From Candidatus Melainabacteria bacterium 17Bon1m (GTDB lineage: Bacteria; Cyanobacteriota; Vampirovibrionia; Obscuribacterales; Obscuribacteraceae), in assembly GCA_032128875.1 (NCBI GenBank), contig JAVLKG010000012.1, positions 32,001 to 96,000 on the forward strand: a stretch of 64,000 nt of DNA, given 5' to 3'. Below, one piece after another: positions 57,713-64,000 of this stretch; the first letter of the stretch is position 1, and the number at the start of each line of letters is the position of its first letter. The position numbers and the translations under genes are program-made. The notes beneath the pieces were generated by a model, which saw nothing but the letters and a program-made list of their open reading frames with translations, was not told the DNA's origin and did no database searches.

Positions 57713-58720
57713 TTACTCCTTCAAGTTGATTGCGCCACCACGTGCGCCCACGCCGTCGATGACCACTTCACCGCGACTGTCCGTAACCTCTCCCACCACT
57801 TTTGCTGTAAAACCGTATTCTGTAAACGTCTTTATGACCAAATCTGCATCACCGTCTGTGGTGACCGTCATTCCCATGCCCATGTTGAACGTTTTGTACA
57901 TCTCATCCGGCTCGATGTTGCGTCCGAGATGTTCAAATATTTCTGGTACCGGCAGCAGGCTGTTCAGCTTGTAGCCTACATTCTTTGATAGTCTGAGCAT
58001 ATTTCGCCAGCCACCGCCCGTGATGTGGGTGACACCTGTAATTGCTTGCGGCTTTTTATCGAGAATTTCATTGACTGGCTTTGTATAGATCAACGTTGGC
58101 GTCAAAAGCTTTTCTTTCAAACCTTTGTCATCGCCAACCAATTTCGATGCGAGCGACAGTCCATTTGAATGGATACCGGACGAAGCGATACCGACGACTT
58201 GCTGACCTTTTTTGATCTTTTCACCTGTAATAAGTTTTTCTTTGCTGACCAGACCTACTGCAAAGCCAGCCATGTCGAAGTGTCCGCCTTTATACAGATC
58301 TGGCATCTCTGCGGTTTCGCCACCAACCAGAAGCAAGCCTGCCTGGTCGCATCCTTCGACGATACCTTGCATGATCTGGTCGGCATCTTCGTCGACGAGT
58401 TTGCCGACTGCGTAGTAATCGAGAAATGCGACAGGGCGCGCACCGACGCACACCAGGTCATTTGCGCACATTGCCACCAAGTCTATGCCGATGGTGCTGA
58501 GCTGCTTGAGCTCCAAGGCTATAAGCAATTTTGTTCCGACACCGTCAGTGGTGAGCGCCATTGCGGTTCGCTCATCGACGGGGTAGACCGCCGCATAACC
58601 ACCTGCGGCCGGCCACATTTGCTGATGGGCGGCTCGTTTGGAAAGGCGCTTCAATCGGGTGACGAAAGCTTCTGCTTTCAGCACATCGACTCCTGCTTGC
58701 GCGTAAGTTTTTGGTTCCAT
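57713..58720 (-). CDS. purM: AIR synthetase
   Basis: YAQAGVD, TDGVGTK, GGETAEMP, SSGIHSNG, HITGGG, TFNMGMG. Confidence 0.97.
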   Translation of the reverse strand: MEPKTYAQAGVDVLKAEAFVTRLKRLSKRAAHQQMWPAAGGYAAVYPVDERTAMALTTDGVGTKLLIALELKQLSTIGIDLVAMCANDLVCVGARPVAFLDYYAVGKLVDEDADQIMQGIVEGCDQAGLLLVGGETAEMPDLYKGGHFDMAGFAVGLVSKEKLITGEKIKKGQQVVGIASSGIHSNGLSLASKLVGDDKGLKEKLLTPTLIYTKPVNEILDKKPQAITGVTHITGGGWRNMLRLSKNVGYKLNSLLPVPEIFEHLGRNIEPDEMYKTFNMGMGMTVTTDGDADLVIKTFTEYGFTAKVVGEVTDSRGEVVIDGVGARGGAINLKE

Positions 58721-59472
58721 CAGTTTGCCACCATTGAATGAGCGTTTTGAAAAATTCTAAGACCTGGAGGAGCTTTATCCGGCAAAGAAGTCAATCGAGT
58801 CCAACTCGGATGCTGTGTCCAGCGCACAAACGCTTCCGGGTGTGGCATAAGTCCAAAGACGTTTCCTTTAGAATTTGTCAGCCCCGAAATACGATCAAAG
58901 CTGCCATTGACCTCAAGTGAATATCTGAGTGGTGCTTGCTTCTTTACTGCTTCTTCGGAATCCTTTGCTGGGGACAAGCGCCCTTCGCCGTGGCGAATTG
59001 GCAAGTCGAATTCAGTCAAACCTTCTAACCAGGGGCACGAGACTTTTGAGTCGACCGAAAGTTGAACCCACCTGTTGATAAACTTCTTGCCGTTGTTGCG
59101 AGCCAAGCTTGCCAGACGCACTCCGTCTTTTTCTGACTCCGGAAGTAAGCCCATTTGCACCAAGCATTGAAAACCGTTGCAGATGCCAATGACTAGCTTT
59201 CCCTCATCGACGAATTCTTTGAGGCTGTCTTTTAATGCTGCTTCAAGTTTGATCGCCAGAACCTTACCCGATGCGATTTCATCGCCGAATGAAAAGCCCC
59301 CGGGCAGAGCCAGAAGTTTTGCATCCTTGAGCAACTTAGGATTACTCAGAAGATCGCTGGTATGTGTCAGCAATGGATCGAAGCCGGCGATTTGCAGGGC
59401 GAACGAAGTCTCGTCGCCGCAGTTGATGCCGTCTCCTGTCAAAACTATTGCTGTTGGTTTCATTGCTGCCAT
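58720..59472 (-). CDS. purQ: FGAM synthase glutaminase subunit
   Basis: PGGFSFGD, GICNGFQ, HGEG, GLMPHPE. Confidence 0.95.
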   Translation of the reverse strand: MAAMKPTAIVLTGDGINCGDETSFALQIAGFDPLLTHTSDLLSNPKLLKDAKLLALPGGFSFGDEIASGKVLAIKLEAALKDSLKEFVDEGKLVIGICNGFQCLVQMGLLPESEKDGVRLASLARNNGKKFINRWVQLSVDSKVSCPWLEGLTEFDLPIRHGEGRLSPAKDSEEAVKKQAPLRYSLEVNGSFDRISGLTNSKGNVFGLMPHPEAFVRWTQHPSWTRLTSLPDKAPPGLRIFQNAHSMVAN

Positions 59473-59478
59473 CCTGCC

Positions 59479-62400
59479 TTAGTCAAATGGAAGTGCCGTT
59501 TCCCACGCTGTTTTCATCGCCTGCGTGCTCAGGCTGATCAAGTCTCTTTCTTCTGGCTTCATCTCGCTGTCGACAATGTTGAGCTGTTGCTCGGCTGTGA
59601 CTTCGCCTATCTTGATTGAAGTAAGTCCTTCGAAATGCCGCTCGAAATCTGATTGATGATCCGGGTTTATGGAGACCACGATGTGACCTGGTCCTTCCCC
59701 GAAGAGTAAGGCGTCAGCCCGAGTAACGAAGTCCCACGATTTGAACGCTTGCGTTCCGCGCTCTTCGTAGAGGTTAGAGAGGTATTTGTGGTACTCGCCA
59801 ATATCTAAAGAGGCGCCATTTCTCGAGCCGATAACGCTTTCGGCAATGCAGGCGGCGAGCCCGCCTTCAGAAATGTCGTGCGCAGAATGTATCCAGCCGC
59901 TCTTGATTGCAGTGTGCAATCTTCTATAGAGAGTTGGCGCGCGATCGAGGTCTAATTCGGGCAGCATTATTGATTGCCATCCGTTGAATTCTTCGTAGTG
60001 GCTGGCGGCTAAGCCGAGCACTCCAGCGCTGAGAATATAAATTAGGTCGCCGGCTTTTTTAAACTCCATGGAGCGGGCGAAGCGAGCTTCAGGAACCCGT
60101 CCCATGCATGAAATCAGCAATGTGGGCGGAATCGCGAGCTTCAGCGCGCCGTCATCGAAGTTGTTTTTCATGCTGTCTTTGCCGGAGATCAATGGTGCTC
60201 CGTATGCAATCACAGCGTCGTAAAGTCCCTGGCAGCAGCGCACCAGTTCTGCCAAGTGCCGCTTACCTTGCGGGTTGCTATCACTGTAGACTGGGTCAGG
60301 CCAGCAGAAATTGTCCAACAGGGAAAGTGTGTCGGGGTCTGCGCCTACACAAACCGCGTTTCGTACAGCTTCGTCAACTGCACACTGAGCCATCAAATAT
60401 GGATCGTGTTCGCTCAACCTGGGGCATAAGCCATTAGAGACTGCGAGCGCAGGAGCGTGGTCGAGATCAGCGGTCAATCTGGGCAGGAGAACGGCTGCAT
60501 CGCAGGGCGCCTTTTGCGCTGGTCCCATCAATGGTTTGATAACACTTTGGCCGCGCACTTCATGATCGTATTGTCTGATGATTGGCTCTCTCGAGCAGAT
60601 GTTCGGGTGCTTGAGCAATTGAAGTAAAACGCGGCCCAGATGTTCCGGCTGCTTGCCTGTCTTCATCGTGATTTGAGCTGGGCTCCACTGCGATTCCAAC
60701 GAAAGAACCGGGCAACCGTCGTGAAGAAATTCAAGGTCTAGCAAAGCAACTGTTTTGCCGTTGTTTTGAACTTCGAAATACCCCTTGTTGGTGAACTCAC
60801 CGATATTGCTTACTTCAACATTATGCTTTTCGGCAAGCTTCTTTATGCCGTCGAAGTCATTAGTAGAAATGGTCATGCGCTCTTGCGATTCGGAGACCAC
60901 AACTTCCCAATCTGCTAAGCCTGGGTATTTGGTTGGCACTCTGTCCAGGTGAATTATCGCACCACCCGTGATGTTAGCCATCTCACCGACGGAAGAAGAT
61001 AAACCACCAGCGCCATTATCGGTAATGCCGGTAATCAAACCTGCATCGCGAGCGTCGATAACGAAGTCGAGCAAGCGTTTTTGTGTAAATGGATCACCAA
61101 TTTGTACCGCAGACATCGGCGAACCTTCGTTCAACGACTCTGACGAGAAAGTAGCGCCATGAATACCATCTTTACCGACACGTCCGCCGGCCATAATGAT
61201 CAGGTCGCCGGCTTGCGTATGTTTTTTTACAGCATCTCGTGTCTCGTTGCCGGCTTTGATGTACAACGGAAGCAATCCGCCTGTGCCGCAAAATACTAGT
61301 GGCTTTGCTCTGTAGCCCGGGTCGAAGTAAATGGCACCATTTACGGTGGGAATGCCGCTTTTGTTGCCACCGTCTTCAACACCTTTTCGCACGCCGTCGA
61401 GAATTGCTTTTGCTGGCAAAAGTTTCGGACGTTGAGGTAGAGATGGAGACGGATATGCAAAACAGAAAATGTCTGTATTAAAAAGTGGCTTAGCGCCGAG
61501 ACCCGTGCCGAGGATGTCTCGGTTGACTCCAAGAATTCCAGTCAATGCACCGCCATAAGGTTCGAGGGCGGAAGGTGAATTGTGTGTTTCGACCTTGAAG
61601 CAAACTGCAGTCTCGTTATCCCATTTGACGACACCGGCGTTGTCTTCAAAAACAGAAAGAAGGTCTTTTCTCCATTGTGAGAGTTTTTTCGTAGCCGCCT
61701 TGATGTAGGTCTTGTAGAGGCTCGTTATCGTCTCTGACCTCAACTCGCGCGGCTTACTATTGTCGATGTGGGTAATCTTCGCGTTGAATATTTTGTGTTT
61801 GCAGTGCTCAGACCATGTCTGCGCCAACACTTCCAATTCGACATCGGTAGGCATCTCCGGCATGCCATGACCTTTCCTGTCTGCCTTCGTTTTGTCGAGG
61901 CGATAATATTGTCTGATTGCTTTCATCTCGTCGAGATTGAGCGCAAGCAGCCGTTCTTTGCTCAATGCTTCCAAGTTCGCATCGGGCAACTCCAGGTTGA
62001 CGTTTTCAACCTTAGGAGTTTCCGGCAGCACCACATGAGGAAACTTAAGTAGTTTTGCACCATCACCGGATGTTTCGTGTACGACAAAACGATCTGTAAG
62101 TGGGTGATATTCCTTATAAATAAGCATCTGCGAAATCGCCTTGGCGTCACCGGATTTTTCTTTGAAGAGAAAACCTTTGCCGGAGGCGACTTTAATGATG
62201 CTTTTCAGACCCTTCAGCCTGAGCGCTTCTTCAACAGTGTGAGCGAGGTTGTCCGTTACTCCTGGTAAAAACTGTCTTTCTGCGAAGTGCTTATATTCTT
62301 CTTTTGCAAATCTCTCCAGCCATTTTGAACGCTCTTCAGGGATGCAAGCCAGTACTTCTTGCGACAGCGAGTCAGCAAGAACAGCACTGATGTCCTTCTG

Positions 62401-62577
62401 CATAGTGCTGGGAATTTTGCCGTCCGTCAGCGACTCTTTATCAACCAACAACCAGTAAAGCGGGAATGATTGAGAATTATGAGGCTCTGCTTCGGAAATC
62501 ACCGCGACGCAAATGGTGGCAGTTTTGGAGATCTCCAGTACATGCTCGTTTTCTCTGTACTTTGCTCCTTGCGTCAT
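59479..62577 (-). CDS. purL: FGAM synthase synthetase subunit with N-terminal PurS-like extension
   Basis: QTWSEHCKHK, KVETHNSPS, DGIHGA, DNGAGG, SESQERM, ISGKDS, HDISEGG. Confidence 0.95.
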   Translation of the reverse strand: MTQGAKYRENEHVLEISKTATICVAVISEAEPHNSQSFPLYWLLVDKESLTDGKIPSTMQKDISAVLADSLSQEVLACIPEERSKWLERFAKEEYKHFAERQFLPGVTDNLAHTVEEALRLKGLKSIIKVASGKGFLFKEKSGDAKAISQMLIYKEYHPLTDRFVVHETSGDGAKLLKFPHVVLPETPKVENVNLELPDANLEALSKERLLALNLDEMKAIRQYYRLDKTKADRKGHGMPEMPTDVELEVLAQTWSEHCKHKIFNAKITHIDNSKPRELRSETITSLYKTYIKAATKKLSQWRKDLLSVFEDNAGVVKWDNETAVCFKVETHNSPSALEPYGGALTGILGVNRDILGTGLGAKPLFNTDIFCFAYPSPSLPQRPKLLPAKAILDGVRKGVEDGGNKSGIPTVNGAIYFDPGYRAKPLVFCGTGGLLPLYIKAGNETRDAVKKHTQAGDLIIMAGGRVGKDGIHGATFSSESLNEGSPMSAVQIGDPFTQKRLLDFVIDARDAGLITGITDNGAGGLSSSVGEMANITGGAIIHLDRVPTKYPGLADWEVVVSESQERMTISTNDFDGIKKLAEKHNVEVSNIGEFTNKGYFEVQNNGKTVALLDLEFLHDGCPVLSLESQWSPAQITMKTGKQPEHLGRVLLQLLKHPNICSREPIIRQYDHEVRGQSVIKPLMGPAQKAPCDAAVLLPRLTADLDHAPALAVSNGLCPRLSEHDPYLMAQCAVDEAVRNAVCVGADPDTLSLLDNFCWPDPVYSDSNPQGKRHLAELVRCCQGLYDAVIAYGAPLISGKDSMKNNFDDGALKLAIPPTLLISCMGRVPEARFARSMEFKKAGDLIYILSAGVLGLAASHYEEFNGWQSIMLPELDLDRAPTLYRRLHTAIKSGWIHSAHDISEGGLAACIAESVIGSRNGASLDIGEYHKYLSNLYEERGTQAFKSWDFVTRADALLFGEGPGHIVVSINPDHQSDFERHFEGLTSIKIGEVTAEQQLNIVDSEMKPEERDLISLSTQAMKTAWETALPFD

Positions 62578-63239
62578 CTCCTGGCGGTCTCCCTGTCTGT
62601 GCCTTCTTTTAATTGTGACTCGGTGCTGTCATCTTTCAGACGTTTGAAGTATGTAACTCCATCTTTGGCTATGTTTTGTAAAACTTGCGGGAAAAGCTCG
62701 TGTTCTATTTTTAGACCACGCGCTTTAAAACTTTCAATGGTGTCATCTGCTTCACGGCTAAATGTCGCTTGCGCTAATATCGGTCCGTGATCGACCTTTT
62801 CGTCTACCAGATGAACCGTAACTCCAGCGATCTTGACGCCATATTCGAAGGCTTCCTCGTATCCTCTTATGCCGGGAAAAGCCGGAAGCAAGGAAGGGTG
62901 AATGTTGATTACTTTGAAAAACCCGCGCGAGTCTTTGAAGTTTGCAAGAAACGCAGACGAAAGCACGCGCATATAACCAGCTAGCACCACGAAATCCAGA
63001 TCGTGCTTCTTAAGCTCAGCGACAACTTTCTCTTCGTGTTCTTTGCGCGACAGTCCAGCATTTGGCACCACGGCTGTCTGCACGCCGTGTTTGTTTGCAA
63101 TATCAATGGCACCCGCTCCAGGTACATTGACCAGTACGAGTTGAACCTTCGCATCTAGTTTGCCGGCAGCAATTGCATCTAAGATTGCTTCTAAATTTGA
63201 ACCTCTTCCAGAGGCGAGGACAGCTATGTTGATAGACAT
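62574..63239 (-). CDS. purN: Phosphoribosylglycinamide formyltransferase
   Basis: SGRGSNL, LAGYMR, INIHPSLLP, GVTVHLV, DHGPI. Confidence 0.97.
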   Translation of the reverse strand: MSINIAVLASGRGSNLEAILDAIAAGKLDAKVQLVLVNVPGAGAIDIANKHGVQTAVVPNAGLSRKEHEEKVVAELKKHDLDFVVLAGYMRVLSSAFLANFKDSRGFFKVINIHPSLLPAFPGIRGYEEAFEYGVKIAGVTVHLVDEKVDHGPILAQATFSREADDTIESFKARGLKIEHELFPQVLQNIAKDGVTYFKRLKDDSTESQLKEGTDRETARR

Positions 63240-64000
63240 TGCCCAACCTCCTTAAGCGCGATATCAGATCGGCATGCCATGTCGGCAAATTTTACTTGTT
63301 TGATCGCTTTGTATGCGTTTTCCCGTGCCGCTTCGATATCATCACCAAGTGCAGTCAAAGCTAAAACTCTGCCACCATTGGTCAGCAGTTTTCCATCTTT
63401 CAATTGCGTCCCTGCATGAAAAAGACAGGCATCAGCAGGTAAATCACCAACTTCGATTTCTTTTCCTTTTGAAGATGATTCCGGATAATTCTCTGCCGAG
63501 AGCACCACGCAGACGCTGGCTTTATCGAACCATTCGATTTGCTCATCAGCTAAACATCCTTGTGCGCTTGCCCAGAGCAAAGGCAGGATGTCCGACTTTA
63601 GTCGCGGCATTAATGCTTGTGTTTCCGGGTCGCCAAAGCGAGCATTGAATTCGAGAGCATAAGGAACCAGCTCATTGTTTGAGGGTGGAGCTGTGCCATC
63701 TGAAGAGGCCGGTAGTCCAACTAAAATTCCAGCAAAGAGCATTCCTTTGAAATCGAGACTTCCGTTTTTCAAAGCTTCTTCAATTGGTTTGATTACTTGC
63801 GCTTCAATCAAGCTCTTGTTTCTGTCAAACAACCGGACCGGCGAGTATGCACCCATTCCGCCTGTGTTAGGTCCTTTGTCGCCATCAAATCTTCGTTTGT
63901 GATCTTGGCAAGCGGAAAGCGGCATCACACTCTGGCCGTCAATTAAAAGCAAGAGTGAAAGTTCTTCACCAATCAATTTTTCTTCGATGACGACAGTGGA
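63224..64000 (-). CDS. purD: Phosphoribosylamine-glycine ligase, 3' part (runs off the window)
   Basis: QDHKR..DGDKGPNTGGMGAY, EFNARFGDPE, FHAGT, TNGGRVL; frame open to position 64000. Confidence 0.96.
   Translation of the reverse strand, partial: STVVIEEKLIGEELSLLLLIDGQSVMPLSACQDHKRRFDGDKGPNTGGMGAYSPVRLFDRNKSLIEAQVIKPIEEALKNGSLDFKGMLFAGILVGLPASSDGTAPPSNNELVPYALEFNARFGDPETQALMPRLKSDILPLLWASAQGCLADEQIEWFDKASVCVVLSAENYPESSSKGKEIEVGDLPADACLFHAGTQLKDGKLLTNGGRVLALTALGDDIEAARENAYKAIKQVKFADMACRSDIALKEVGQCLST

Overview
Gene-dense bacterial chromosomal window with no rRNA, tRNA, CRISPR array or transposase that I can see. The many secreted TPR proteins and membrane Hanks-type Ser/Thr kinases suggest Melainabacteria/Vampirovibrionia (Obscuribacterales-like); this is an inference, not checked. 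Content, left to right: a LysM / Gly-rich / NlpC-P60 cluster; a TPR protein and a doubled sensor histidine kinase; a P-loop kinase; a ferritin-like protein; a metB-lysC operon; two RND efflux loci; a patatin; a tandem paralog pair; TPR proteins; a PLP D-threonine-aldolase-family enzyme; an MprF-type synthase; an orphan N6-adenine MTase; a kinase/VIT/FHA cluster; a truncated hemoglobin; and a pur operon (purD'-N-L-Q-M-H-E-K). Most notable observations: (1) an apparently leaderless Thr/Met leader peptide, absent from the ORF track, with protector, antiterminator and terminator stems upstream of metB-lysC; (2) a 1000-aa two-module histidine kinase whose modules are reciprocally defective (module 1 has the ATPase but no His; module 2 has the His but a degenerate ATPase); (3) a VIT/vWA membrane protein ending in a pilin-like two-helix tail; (4) bipartite GTAR-type REP elements at two convergent gene junctions; (5) a duplicated promoter plus TetR-type operator in front of both genes of one RND locus.
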